The notes below the pieces were generated by a model. That model did no database searches. It was not told the DNA's origin and saw nothing but the letters and a program-made list of their open reading frames with translations. From Utricularia gibba (lineage: Eukaryota; Plantae; Magnoliophyta): 64,000 bases of DNA. The stretch covers positions 4,774,001 to 4,838,000 of the forward strand of contig CM007991.1 in NCBI GenBank assembly GCA_002189035.1, read 5' to 3'. Shown here one piece after another: positions 1 through 13,914 of this stretch. The position numbers were made by a program, and so were the translations under genes. How positions within the stretch are numbered: the first letter of the stretch is position 1; each line of letters opens with the position of its first letter.

Positions 1-339
1 ATCAATTTCTAGGTTTTGCATATCCATAGCCCCACCTATATCGAAAAAAATAATGTATTGTAAATTTTTAAGATTTAAAATTATAATGTCTAAATTTCAA
101 TCCCCTCTTAATGTTAAATTAATAAATATGAACTGGTAAAAAAAAATAAGTATGCCCAATGTGAGAACCCTCATATTGATGTTCCAAAAATGAATGTCAT
201 TTATATTTTATGTGAAGTAATCTTATATTCAATGAAAAAGTTATGAATCTATTAGTTATTATAATGATATTGATTTCCAAAAATTGTTTTAAATTATTTC
301 ATCCAATTCAAATATACCTAGTTGTATAGAAATATTATT

Positions 340-720
340 CAGAAGATTGCATTGGTCAAGATATTTTTGAATTGAAAGTTTTAAGACATTTTATTGTAAA
401 CATTCCTCGTAATCTAGAAATAAAAAAGATTACTAATTGAATTATATCATTACATAACAAAGAGTGCTAAAAATATGACTTATTATTTGATTGATAGACT
501 TCTGTGCTTGCCAATGTTCTTCCAACTTCTATAAGTAGTATTGCACATGCATTTTCAACTTTGAAGATTATCAACACAAGATTACATAGTAAAATGAGAA
601 ATGACTTTATAACATATAATTTATTGATTTACATTGAACGTAAAATTAGATAAAAAAATATAGTTATGATGATGTTATTCATGAATTTCAGAATACGAAG
701 AAACATGGATTGAATTTATA
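340..720 (+). pseudogene. hAT transposase C-terminal dimerisation-domain remnant
   Basis: Frameshifted translation from ~481: LIDRLL..LANVLPTSISSIAHAFSTLKIINTRLHSKMRNDFITYNLLIYIERKI, matching the plant hAT motif LIDRLIRL.LTLPVSTA..ERAFS.MKI.KT.LRNKM..FL...L..YIE.EI. Confidence 0.75.
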
Positions 721-777
721 AAATGTAAATATTTAATATATATAATTGTCCAGTCCAATTTGCCCCTGCATAGGAAG

Positions 778-1135
778 TAGCCTAATTAGTTGGTGATCAA
801 AACCACAAAGCATAACAGGAGCTCAAGGGAGGTAAAATATCGAGCACTGTCTACCACATTTTGTAAAGTCACAAGGATATCTAATTTATTAAGAGATTTT
901 GAACTCAAAAAGAAAGGGAGACACATGCGTATACTGTGATAATAAGTCAATCACCTTATTATTCATGAGAGAAGCACTTGGACATTGATTGATATTATAT
1001 GTAAGAAAAGGAAGAAGAAGGAGCAGTACAAGTAATGTATCAACTCAAGATCAACTAGCAAACATTATGATTGATGGTTTTGGAATAATACAATACTACT
1101 ATTTGCTGAGCAAATTGAGCATGATAAAATGTATT
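778..1135 (+). mobile_element. Ty1/copia RNase H remnant
   Basis: Degenerate motifs LISW.SK.Q, YRALSTT, VYCDNKS, KHLDID, VSTQDQLA.IM. Confidence 0.7.
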
Positions 1136-1949
1136 AACTTGAGAAATATTCTTTATGGTGACAACACTGAACAACCAAGTCGGCTGAACTGATTTTGAGA
1201 GGCCCCTTGAATCTTCTACTAACCAATTTTTTGGTTTAATTCATTTTTTTTCTATAATTTTTTGAATTGATAGTAATTTGCTTGTTAAAACCCAATAAAC
1301 TTATTTAAAACCTTAGATTCAGACTAAAACTTAGATGATTCTATGCAATAAAAAATAAAAAATTATGCCAAAGATTCTTGAGTAAGAATGAAGGACTTGT
1401 CACATATTCCATGAATTATACAAATATGAGAGTAATTTTGTAAGTATACCAAAACTTTCAAAATAATAAATAAAACAGTCTCAATAGTGAATTGATGTTT
1501 TCGAATTTTTCTGGATTTATAAACAAACAACACTAAAATGAAAACAATATTAAATAGAGGCTTTGGATTAAAGTTCCATCATGCAGAACCTTGGTTGTGT
1601 ATATTCATGTGTGAACTTCAAAAAATGACTCATTTGCTCCAGTTATGGAAGTGTTATTGCAGAGGTATATTATTCGATAATTATCATAGCATCATTCCTT
1701 GTTTTGTAACTAGTGTTTACCTTACATTCGATCCTAATCCATACAATTCATGCACCCACATAGAGATTAGGCTAAATATGCATTGATAACAATGTTCAAT
1801 TGATCCCTTCTTCTTAGACACTTGAGACCAATTTGGGATTCCGAATTCTCTTAGAATTTTGTGGTAATTGACAACAGGTTGGTAAATAAATAATACAAAA
1901 AATATAGTATTTAGGTCCATATATACAAGTGTTTAAGCAAGTAAAACAA

Positions 1950-2522
1950 ATTAAATGTGGAACAATATAGTAAAACAATCATATGCAAATGTTTAAGCAA
2001 TAAGACTTCACCATAGCTCCTTAGCTTTAAATACTTATACATATGTACTTGACTTTAGCATATGAAAAAAATGATGGAATTTAAATGAAAGCAAATGAGA
2101 AAAGGAAATGTTGCACTCAATTCTAAGACTTCTAAAGTGACTTGAAGATGCCATGACTTTCCAAAAACTTAGTATTTAGGTGCATATATAGAAGGAGAAG
2201 ATTTCAATATTTTTGATGAATTTATATCAAATCTTATATCCAAATATTTAATATTAGATTAAATATTTCAAAATAAGAGTCAAATGTTCATCCAATTCGA
2301 GATTTTGCACTGAATTTTTATCTAAACAGTTCAAGTTTTGTTCCGCCACCTCCCCAATCAATACATCTTTAATTTTTTGTTCAATTTGAAATCATCCTTA
2401 AAAATTATAAAACTTAAACTTTCTCTTAAAAATATTGAATTGATATAAACGATATAAAAATTATTTTAAAATATAGGAAAAATTAAACAAAAAACATGTA
2501 AAACAATCCAAAAAACTCATCA
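1950..2522 (-). mobile_element. Possible gypsy LTR fragment
   Basis: Minus strand begins TGATGAGTTTTTTGG at 2522, like Athila-type LTR starts; the other end and TSD were not found. Confidence 0.3.
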
Positions 2523-3369
2523 AAATATATAAATGTGTGTGACAAAAAGTCACTTATTTAATCCTTGGAATAGAGACATTACAACATCCATCAAAGGATC
2601 ATCCCCCACCTCAGAGATACTTTACCATATTCTGAATTCAATGGTTTTAATAAATCCCCTGCATTATTTCATCTTGATTTCAATCTAGAACTGTTCTCAT
2701 TAGTTTATGTAGCCATATGTAAAATCTTATTGTATTCAGTAAGTTCGGTTATGTATACCATCACCATTTCATTGTAGATAAATGATCTTCAGAGAAATCC
2801 ATCGGGGCTTCAAATTATATATGTAAACAGCAACCCGAGTCCCCACTAGGACTCTAAAAATTATATATGTTTTATGGGTTTGTCTTATATACAGCTTTTG
2901 GGCAACCATCAAAAAGACCAAGAGATCCACTCGAGTAGCACTGGGACTTTGAGAAGTCATAACTTCAATCAAGATATTAAAAAATGATTCCAGCTTTTTA
3001 GTTGGAATTTCACACCAACCTAAATGTGTCTGAAGACGAAGAGCAAAGCAAATGAAGCATGCATAAAAGCTTTTTTTTTTTAAGCTTGATTTCATTTCAT
3101 TCTGCTACCGAGTATGTTGCGATGCGATCAATGCTGTAATGATCCATTCAAATTCTTCCAATCAGTACATAGTCATGCATCCCAGAATTCTGCTCCAAAA
3201 CTATGAACATTGCTTGTTCTTGTTGCAAGGAAAAAACTTTGATGCACAAATTGGAAGAGAATTTCTCTTACAGTATATAAAATTGTTTATATAGACACAC
3301 TATACAGTTAAGTCTTATCCAAATGGAAACTACCAAATACCTACCTAAAAACTGTACTCCCTAATCCTA

Positions 3370-5640
3370 TTATAGGTTCTTCAGATGCAGCTACATTGGA
3401 TGGCCTTTGGTGTGGGTTCGAACACTCCCTTGCAAACCTTAGCCATCCTTTGATCCAAGCATTCCTCGCAGTATAGTAAACATCCCTCGAGGCACGGGTT
3501 TTGTGAAGTTGTCTCCAAGTTGATCTTGTGTCTTTACATACTCCAATGTTACCTCCTTCTCAGCAATAGCAACACAGTCTCTAATGTAGTGGTATTTTGA
3601 TGTTATGCACTCGCTTTTTACATAAAAAGGCTAGATTTTTATTCAGCTCTATGGCAGATTTGTTATCAATCATGATTCTTGTAGAAGCAGTTTGTGCACA
3701 TCGGATTCCACTCAAAAGATTTATGAGCCAAACAACTTGACATATGCAATGATTTTGCGGTAATAAATTCAGTCTCACATGTGGATAAGGTAACCACGGA
3801 CTGCTTTTTAGAACTCCAACTGAAATCAGTATTTCAAATGAAGAATGCAAGCCCTGAGGTGCTGCTAATTATATCAATGGCAGCTCAACACCAGTGGAAA
3901 ATCCATAAAATGGATGTAAAATCTATATTTTTGAATAGGTTTCTGCAACAGAAGGTGGTACTTAAGCAACCTCAAATTAACAAACATAAGGTATTGAAGC
4001 TTAAGAAGCCTCTTTATGAGTTGAAGCAAGCACCACATGTCAAGAATATGTAGATTCATCATTATCTTGTTAAAAATCATTTCAAGAGATGTGCCTATGA
4101 GCATGGCTTATATGCCAGAATTAATGACTTGGAATTCATGTTAGCTAGAAGGAAGAAGGTACTTTCATTTCTCAAAGTAGGTTTGGCTGGCCTTAGAACA
4201 CTGTAAACCAATAGACACTCCAGTGGCTGTTGGCTTAAAAATGCATTTGAATGATTCAAGTGTGAGTGTCGATGCTACATGCTTTAAAAGCTTGGTTGAA
4301 AGTTTTATATATCTTACAAGTCTGAGACCTGATATTTTTTATGCAGTAGGCTTAGTCATTCGCTTCATAGAGAATCCAACTCTGTTTCATCTTACTGCTG
4401 CTAAGAGGAATCTGTATTATGTTAAGGGAACGTTGAACTTGGCCTTGTAGTTTTCGATTTTACCAGTAATATCTCTTTTGATTCTATACACCCATTTGAC
4501 TCCAATGACATTTTTGTTTGTTGGTTTATTGACCTACTGCCAAGTTTGATTCCTCCTGATAGCATTCATCTCATCTTCTATTGCTTTTCTCCATTCTGAA
4601 TTTTGGACAACCTTTTCAGAGCTCAGATTTTCTGATTTAGTAAATAAGCAATAATGAGAGAAATTCACAAGTTCTGTTGCCTCTTCATAGGATAATCTGC
4701 TTGAATTTTCACCAGCCTTAAAGATGGAAAGTCGACTACAAAATCATTAAGATAGCTTGACCATCTTCTAACACAACCATTTTGCACCAGATCAGATGCA
4801 GCAGGCTGTTGCAGGGGCTCCAGCTACTGTTGCTGCTGCGTCTCTTGTTCTGATGGCTACTAATCTTCAAGGGGATTTAATGAATCTGCTGCAATATCAT
4901 CAAAAAAAAGCTTCATTATCCATTGGGGAGGTTTCCAATTTCAACTTGCAGATTCATCAAACTCAACATCCTTGCTAATCACAACTTTATCTAAAGGACT
5001 GAAAAGTTTGTAGCCCATTGAAGTAGGGTCATTATCAATGAAGAAAAATTTCCTAGAACGATCATCCAACTCTGATCTTGTTTCTCTATGTATATGTGCA
5101 TATGCCACACACCCAAATACTCATGAATGAGTAACTTTTGGTTTAAAACCACTTCAAGCTTCTTGAGGAGTGGCTCCAGCAACACTTCTACTAAAACTTA
5201 TGTTTAGTAGATAAACTGCATAGTGGCTTCTGCCCAGAATTGTTTGGGCATGTTCTTAGTGCTGACTATAGAACCAAACATATTTAGAATTACGCCATTT
5301 TTTTGTTCAACCACACCATTTTGCTGAGGCATGTGAGCAAGGTCTTCTTAAACCAATTTCATCAGAGAAGGCCTAAAGTATTGCAGAGAAAATTCTCCAC
5401 CTCTGTTTGATCGAAGAGCTTTGATTAGAAGACAACATTGTCACCCAACCAAGGCCTGAAATTTCTTGATCGCCTAAAAAACTTTTGATTTCCTTGTCAA
5501 GATTTTCGAGAGTAATCATGAACAAGTAGTAAGAAATACTTGTGATTTCCTTTAGAAGTTGCGATAATTGAACCACAAACAACTCCATGGACTATTTCAA
5601 GAGGATTCCATGCTCTGAACATAGACGCTTTTGGAATAAT
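3370..5640 (-). mobile_element. Degenerate Ty1/copia element 1 (integrase, RT, RNase H) with an internally inverted RT segment
   Basis: Minus: integrase ~4980-5640; RT start EWRKAIEDEM..VIGVKWVYRIKRDITGKIENYKA ~4440-4660; RNase H STSG..SWSSKKQSVVTLSTCETE..IDNKSAIEL ~3500-3862. Plus: RT core LIISMAAQHQWKIHKMDVKS..LKKPLYELKQAP..LRPDIFYAV 3865-4440. Confidence 0.85.
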
Positions 5641-5679
5641 TTTCATAGGTTTCTTTTTTCAAATAAGTAAATCTTGTGG

Positions 5680-8600
5680 TAACAAGAATGAAAATTGTGG
5701 AAGAAGATGAGAGATTTTGGGACAGGAAACTCTTAACCACTCTACCATAAAGTCTCCTCACACATAAAAAAGAAAATGAAAAGCTATGACATAAAAGAAA
5801 AGATTGTTTGCTACTCGATGGCCAAAATAATACAATGGCCCATTAAGGAGGATAGAGATCCTAAATATCCTCTTGACTTTTTTCATTCTTTGTAGTATCT
5901 TGATTAGGGAACAGTAGTTGATTTAACAAACACACCTCCCTCAAATGCGGCCGGAACAATGGGGACAAGGCTGAGTTTGCGAACATGAAAATGATAGCGA
6001 TCAGCCTCCGAAGCTTTTGTGAGAATGTTGGAAAGCTGAAAGTCATATGGCACATAGCCTAGGCAAAGAAAAAAAAATACTTGTAGGGGTTACAGACATA
6101 AATGACAATTAACCTCGATATCTTTGGTGCATTCATGAAAAATAGGATTAGAAGCAATGGAGATTGTAGAAGTGCTATCACACCAAAGTGGAATAGGAAG
6201 AGGACAAGGCTGAAATAGGTCGTTCAATAAATTACAGAGCAATACATTACTCATGGCATGATATTCTGTCTCGGCAGATATTTAGAGACAATGTCTTGCT
6301 TCTTAGCTTTCCAAGAAATAAGATGAGAACCATAGAATTTTATACACAATATCTAGTCATAGATTTTCAACTTGCAAAGCAACCTGCCCAATCTGAGTCA
6401 CAATAAGCTATGAGATCAGGAGAATGATCCGCAGAATAACATAAACTACAGTGGGGACTCACCTTCAAATAAGCTAATAATCCATTATCAATGGTCCAAT
6501 GAAGTGTAGTAGAAGCATTCATTTATTGTAATAGTTGTATCACACAATAGCCAATATCCAAGCATGTAAATCCAAGGTAGAGTAAATGCCCAAGAAGCAG
6601 AAGATAGCAATCAACTTCCACAATTGGCTGGTTCTCATTATGTTAGAATACAAAATTTTTTGGCATGGGAGAAGCAGCAGGTTTCAAGGAACAGTGTGTT
6701 TAGAAAATGTTGTTATAAAAATATATCCTGATCAGTGTGACATGTGAGCTCCAACAAAATATTTGGCAACTTTGAAATCCTTGATTAAAAATGATTATGT
6801 AGATCTAACTTTACCTATTGGATAGCCTCCAAGGAAGTCCCTATAACCAAAATATCATCTACATATACAACAAGAAGTATCATAACAGTTGGAAAAGGCT
6901 TGATAAATAGCCAACGATTTGTAGATGTGGCTCGAAAACAAATAGTAGCAAGGAATTTACAAAGTTTCGAGTTCGATTGTCTTGAGGACTGTTTATGGCC
7001 ATATATGGATCATTGAAGTCGGCATACTTTATTTGGAGCAATCGTATATCCATCAGGAGGTCACATATATACAGGATGATCAAGAAATCCATGAAGAAAA
7101 GCATTATTTACGTCTACTTGATTGATTGGAAAGTGATGAGCAGCAACAAGTTAGGTAAGTAATCGCATAGTTGCCATTTTAGCCACTAGTGCAAAGCTTT
7201 CATCATAGTCTCCGCCTGCCTTTTGTTTATATCCTGTGGCAACAAGGCGTGCCTTATGACAATCTAAGGTACCATCACTGAACAATTTGTTTTTGTAAAC
7301 CCATTAAGAGTCAATAGGTTGGCAATTTGATGGAGCATCAAAAATAATCCAAGTATTATTTTATTCATCAGTGGAAAATTCCTTTTCCATTGCCTGTTTC
7401 CATACTAGAATGCCTGCAGCTTCCATATGGTACCTCAATTCTAGCAGAATAGGTGGGATTGATTGACTCAAAATAGGAATAGGGGAATCTCTTAATGAAG
7501 AAGAAGTAACTTGTTTAGCTGTAGGATCAGATGAAGAATCCAATGAAGAAGGTGAGGAATTTGAGTCTATAATAGGAATATGAGTGATTACATTAAGGGA
7601 AGTTGATAGGGAGGTGTATGAAGCAAAAAAGAAGAAGGATCAACAGATGATGTAAAATGATGATCACCCAATGTATATGGTAGAAAATCATCACAAAAAC
7701 TCAAATTAGGTGCAACTTCAATAATTGAAGTGGTAGCACTAGATCTATGTTTAGCAAAGGGGAAGAAATTATCATCAAACTTAGCATATCGAGAGACAAC
7801 CACCTTTCTATTAATAAGATCATAGAACTTGTAACACTTAAGCCCACTTGGATAACCCACAAAAATACATTTAAGTGTTCCATGATTCAGTTTGTCACTC
7901 TTGGTGGGATTCACGAAAAAACAAAGACATCCAAAAATGCAAATATGTGGTAAGGTGGAGAACCAATAAGGATTTCAATTGGTGACTTCCAATCTAAAAA
8001 TAAAGGAAGGTATTCTATAATGAGATATGTCGCTATGAGAATAGCATCCCCCTAAAAACAACCTGGTAGATGAGCCTAAAACATCAAGGCTCAAGTAACT
8101 TCAAGCAAATGTCTGTGTTTTCTTTCCACATCACCATTTTGTTGTGGCATCTAAAGACATGTAGTATGTTGCAAAGTACCAAGTTCATGACACACGTCCT
8201 GAATGGCATGGCTAGTAAATTCCTTGTCACCATCAGTGCTAAGGATCTTAACAACATAATTATACTAAGCTTGGAGCAAAGGAATCAATTGATGAAAAAT
8301 ATGATCAAGATAACCTTTCGATTGTAGTAAGAAGGTCTATGTATAATGGGTAAAGTCATCAACCACAGTAAGAATGTATGAAGCACCAGTGTATGTTTTA
8401 ACATGATATGGACCCCCAAGGTTTTTGTGAAGTAGCAGAAAAGAAGTAAATGAGGTATTTTAACTAGATTGGAAAGGTCGTATGTGCATTTTAAAAATTG
8501 CACAAATATCACATGGGACACCATTCAAAGCACATAGAAATTGTAAGAAAGAGGCTTTATTATCAGATATATAGCCAAGCCTACAATGTCATAGTAAATT

Positions 8601-9060
8601 GATGTATAAAGAAGTAGGAGATTCAAAGAAAAATGACAACAATAGTAGCTTCACTAGCATCAATACACCATTCAAACCACATGGAACATTTAAAGAGTTT
8701 GATAGGGCTGAAGAATATAACAGTAAAACATGAAGCAATATCAAGAACATAAAGTCCATCAGATACCGAGTCATGTAAGAAACAACATGACCCAATGAAA
8801 AGAAACTATATTGGATCTTGGAACTTGGGAATGGAAATCAGATTACATGTGAAACTAGGCACAAAAAGTACATCAGAGAGGAATAATGAATCAAAGAGAT
8901 TGCTACTAGCCATGACATTGTCTAGTGAATGATTTTCATCAGGTATTGTCAAAGGGATAGCTTTCGATTGTGGAATCAATCAACAAATTGAGATCATGAC
9001 ACAAATGTGTATTTGCACTAGAATCAATAATCTATGAACTCTGTCCACTATGCCCAAAGA
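5680..9060 (-). mobile_element. Degenerate Ty1/copia element 2 (integrase, RT, RNase H, PPT, 3' LTR remnant)
   Basis: Integrase C-terminus KCIFVGYPSGLKCYKFYDLINRKVVVSRYAKFDD (7588-7914); RT ~6420-7470; RNase H IAYCDSDWAG..ISWKAKKQ..LWCDSTSTISIASNPIFHE (6070-6420); PPT-like TTGAGGGAGGTG at ~5933-5944 followed by TGTT. Confidence 0.8.
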
Positions 9061-9163
9061 CTAAGTGAAAGATTAGATGAGTTACAAGAAAATTCTCTCA
9101 AAAAAATAAAATGAACTTGATGCCGAGAAGCTCCAACTTGTCTGCTACTAGATGATTGGTTTT

Positions 9164-9702
9164 TGATAAGTGATATTGTGTCGTTCCAAAACATGTTCTT
9201 CTATTACTCTTGAGTGTTTTTTTTTACTTACCTTACACTTCACTTTCTCATTATTTTCAATTGATTTTATATCTTTCACACTACTTTGATCTTTTTGAAA
9301 AGAAAGTTTATTTTGAGGATATTTTTGGATCAATTTGATGGGCCACGAATTTCAACCCAAGACTGGGTCAAACGATGAAGATTTGCTCCAAGATTCATGG
9401 ATAAGATAAAGATTTGAAGATGATGTTGAAAGATTTGGATAAAAGATCTTATCCGAGTCTATCAAACAAGCCTAATATGAAGACTTGAATATACTCTCCT
9501 ATAAATACCCCACTCTCTCAACCATTAGACTTGTCTTTTGACCACTTTTCCTTTATAGGTGCTTGCGGCTGAGGATTTGTGGTGAAGCCTTACTTGTGCA
9601 AGTCATGCACGTGTGACTAATTTACCATGTTTTTCGAGATTTAATTTAATGTTTGATTCTGTTTTTCACAACGTTTTCTTTACATACGTGCTCTTTAATA
9701 CC
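9164..9702 (+). mobile_element. 5' part of family-A gypsy LTR, cut off by the family-B LTR
   Basis: Starts TGATAAGTGATATTGTGTCGTTCC; reverse-complement match to the 61400-61834 and 54462-54600 parts of the two family-A solo LTRs. Confidence 0.8.
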
Positions 9703-11104
9703 TGATAAATGGAAATTTTAGTATATCGTTGCAATAAAAGCAAAATTTCGCATCAAATAAATTTATAATCCCTAATCTATACAAAACACAAATTTAGAAA
9801 ACTCATATAGTGGATATCGGGGTCGATCACGAAGAGCTTGTGCTTGCTAAGTGTTTGAGTAAATGCATAATTCGGGATAACAACGGTCTTAGTCTAAGCT
9901 TGGACCAACAATGATAAACAAGTTCGGTAAACAAGATCAGTAAACAATATCAAGTCTTAACGCTAACGTAATAAGTACTGGTTCTAACGCAGAATAATAC
10001 CATGGTGCCATAAGGTTCTTTAGGTAGTATGGTGCCAAAATCCCTAATTTAATCTACAATGTTCCTACACTCACAACTTCAAATAACCTAAATCTACCCA
10101 GGTCATTCATCATATTTTCGGCTAAGCTAGTCCCCCATATCATCACCTACATTACAATTAGGTCTACCCGCATGCAAAACATATAGAATTAGGTCTACCC
10201 AGTTCTACTAGTTCTAACCCGAACTAACAACTACTGCTCCCGTCTTGATTTGTTGGTCTACCTCTAAATCAAGCATCTAAGTTGCGAAACTACTTGTTCT
10301 TCTCCTTAGGTCTACCCATGGCTTGATAGAAATAAAAGCTAAAGGACAATGATGAATTTTATTGAGATTCCTTGACCTACACCACCATGCTTCACCTTAA
10401 GGCACCCGTAGGGCTTTAGCTACTCATATTTGGAAGGTAAAAAGTAATGATGTTAACATAAAATAACGAAAATATTAAGAACATCATGCAGAAGCTGGGT
10501 GCAGAAACTAAAGACATAAACAAACTAAAAGAAAGAAGTAGAGTTCTGGTTTCCGTCTACTACTGTTCACAGTCCGGAACAATATCGCTGAACTAGATCT
10601 TGATATTCTTCCTTCACGGTGGAGGTTCTTCTCCAGAAAAATCGCCCTCTTTCTCCTTTAGTATTCTTCGTGTTCGAGTTGGGGGAGAAACCCCCTCGTG
10701 TGTGTTCTGAAAATTCTGGGTGTCCCCCCTCTTTTGCGACTCTCTCTCCTCCTCATCTTTGTCTCGCCTCCCACTGCCCAAGGCAAGTACATTCTTTGAC
10801 AAATCTGTTGCTCCTATCCCTGAGTTGCAGACTACTGTCGTGACAGTGTACTCATTGCAACTTGCAGCCTAGTGACTTGCACGAAATCCAGATTTCTTTG
10901 TTGACTTTCGAGTTGCTGCAAGACTCGAAAATCGGGTTAGACATGGGGTGGGCTAAATCAACGGAATTAGCCTACTATTATACCAAAAATCATATTTTTT
11001 TCTAATCAAATAAAAATACTTAAATTATAAAATTAACACTTAAACATAATTAAAAATTTATAATTTTTTATATCCCAAAAGATGAAAATTTGTGTGCTAT
11101 TACA
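9703..11104 (-). repeat. Family-B LTR (3' LTR of Athila B), ~1.4 kb
   Basis: Minus strand TGTAATAGC...TTATCA; its end matches 17211-17309 and 46131-46366; no TSD, as expected for a 3' LTR. Confidence 0.75.
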
Positions 11105-11910
11105 GTATGCTACAACGACACTAGAGTTATCCCCAAGTCCTACCTAAGACAAATAGAAAACTGGTTCCTTCAGCATCAGTGATGAACATAAAAACTGAGA
11201 GTAAATTTTGATGCATGAGCTATAGAAGTGTAAGTGTGCATGTCATTTCATCACTCAAATGTGCATCAGTAGATTCCTCTTTAGGAGTGTTTTCGAAAAC
11301 CTTATCTTATTGAATTGATCCCTCCAAAGTCACTTAAGACCACGGTTGCCAACCCATTTTTTTTCTCTTCTTTTTTTTTTCTATTTTTTTTTGGGTAGTG
11401 AAGGGGCAGCTTGTTCCAGACTAATCCGGGCTCACATTCAATGCCTTTTCTTTTTCTCAGTGTTGGGCAAGCACTCACACCTTATAAGACCAGTCTCCTC
11501 CGTACTCCTGCGGATTAGTTTTTCCCTACTCACCCTTTCACTACTTATTGAGTCCGCACATGCTCTTTTAATATGTGCTGCTTTTTAGGACTTGGGTCTC
11601 AATTTTTTTTCTTTTTCTTTTTTTCTTTTTTTTTTTCGACCCTTTATTCACCTCTCTTTTTTCGGTGGTTGGCAACCTGTTCCACAATGACTATGAAGTT
11701 CAATAATTCATATAAAAATAATCTATTGCACACTCCTTAGATTCCTCGGGTCATACACATGCTCTCATGAAATAAAAAGATAAAAACATGCTCACGGGTA
11801 TCAAAAAGGTTAACAAAGCTCATGCTACAGAATTCATCTAGCAGCTGTAATGTTCAATCACTTAGCCATCGGAAACAGTTTACTGCTACTAAACAAAAAT
11901 ATAGTATAGT

Positions 11911-13726
11911 AAATGGAGGTGCAGTCACTTGGAAGAGTTCTAAGCAAGAAACGACTGCTGATTCAACAATGGAAGCAGAGTACATTGCCGCCAGCGATGC
12001 TGCAAAAGAAGCTGTTTGGATTAAGAAGTTTGTCAGCGATCTAGGAGTACTCCCAAATGTTGAGGATCCTATACTCCTATATTGCGATAAAAATGGGGCT
12101 ATTGCAAATGCTAAGGCACCTCGATCACATCAGAAATCCAAACAGGTGCTTCGACGCTATCATGTGATTAGAGAGGTCATTGGTAGAGGCGATGTCAGAA
12201 TTAAGAAAGTGGACACAAAGGAGAATGTAGCAGATCCAATTACAAAGATGCTTCCACAAAAGGTCCATGAGATACACATAAAGTCCATTGGTATAGGATA
12301 CATGATTTATTGGCTATAGTACAAGTGGGAGATTGTTGGTGTATATGTTCTAGAGACAATCAATTCATTGGCAAATCTTATCCTTTAATGTTTACCTTGA
12401 ATTGTGATCAAGTTTACATCACTATTAAAATCCTCTACTTGATCTATGTGTTATAGAAATTATGATAAGATCATAATGTGAGATTCTTCAAGCACTTATA
12501 GTCAAGTTAAAAACTCCCTGGCTAGAGTATTTGTAAAATGAGGATATCACAAATACGGATAAGCTGGTACACATTGAGTTCCCTAAACTGTTTAGGCAAT
12601 GGTTCCCACAATTGATGTAATGAGATTACTAGAACCTATGTGTGGGTGTCGACTTGAGAATCGATTTATTGCACGACTCATCTTCGAGATGCTACTATGG
12701 GAAGCTAACCAAGTGTTAGTAGCAAGATCTCGAATATGACAGCCGTGCAAGTAAGCTTAGACTTGAGGTCAAGAAAGTTATCTTGATCTTAAGCTCACAT
12801 TTTTGCTCATTACTAATGGGAGTCTAACCATGGCTTGACTAGTATGGATGAGTACGGATGTGACTTCTTAAGGTTGGAGATAGTTGATTGATCAATAAAA
12901 GATTCATCACTCATGTTAGCGATGAGATCATATCTCAAGTAATTGCATCAAAGCCTAACATTAAGTCCTGGGCCCAGGGTAATGACACTCGAATTGTTTG
13001 AGTAGGTCATTGAGTGTTAGTGCTTAAATGCAATTATAAGTTCGATACATCAGAAAGACACACACCCATGTTCTGGTACCGAATGAGATATAAGTATGAT
13101 GAAAGATGTTCATTGCATGGTGGCTGGTCATGGAAAGACTCAATCAGTTCACCTGATTATTCTTTAATCTTGAGGATCATGATATGTTGCTAGACATCAC
13201 TCATGATCGATAATGATGGATTTGATTAATTATGATTTAATTAATAAATCTATTATTACGGCTTTGATTGAAGAAGCCTATAGGGTCACACACAATAGTG
13301 GAGTCAAAATAGAGAGTTATTTGATATGATTAATATTGATTAAACTCAAAATAAAAGATCTCATATAGATATGATTTGATATGTCACAAAATATCTATCG
13401 AAAAAAATTTAGATCTTGAGATCTGCTCCAAAGGTCTTCGTGCTATCTGAGATTGATCCATAAGGAGACATTTTTTCTACTAGCACCTGAAAAATTCGAC
13501 CACCATTCAAGAGCCTTGAGAAGGTTATCGATGGAGTGCTCCACGTGTGGATATTATAGGGGCCGTCTGCTATTGGCGGTTGGTGAACAACGGAGTCCTC
13601 TGAAAGGTATTTTTAGCATCCCTTTATCTGATGTATACCGTATTCCAAGATCTGCATTGGGAGTTTCTCAGAATTTTTAAAATTCCGCTGCTTTTGAGAC
13701 ATACGATGTCTACGAGAAACCAAACA
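11911..13726 (+). mobile_element. Angela-like copia 3' fragment 1: RNase H, PPT, LTR (12334-13726)
   Basis: ORF AVTWKSSKQETTADSTMEAEYIAASDAAKEAVW..LYCDKNGAIANAKAPRSHQKSK; PPT AAGTGGGAGAT then TGTTGG; LTR ends AAACA. Confidence 0.9.
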
Positions 13727-13914
13727 TCCCCATCAATAACTCCTCTTAACACTAAAAATAATTTCCCAGCAGCACAAAATACGGATGAAAATCCTAAAAT
13801 AAACTATACTAAATCACTAAATTAGAAATTAAAATGCTGAAATTGAAAACCTAGCCATGGGTTGCCTCCCACAAGCACGCTTGTTTATAGTCTTCGTCCC
13901 GACTTGTCGCGTGG

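Noticed and set aside
2570-3250. Possible host gene or kinase fragment (TSNVHSFG on minus)
   Set aside because: A single weak motif, with no consistent frame or splice structure.
9688-9702. PBS-like GCTCTTTAATACC next to LTR-B
   Set aside because: It aligns to the interior of the family-A LTR (GATCATTAGTACC), so the resemblance is coincidental.
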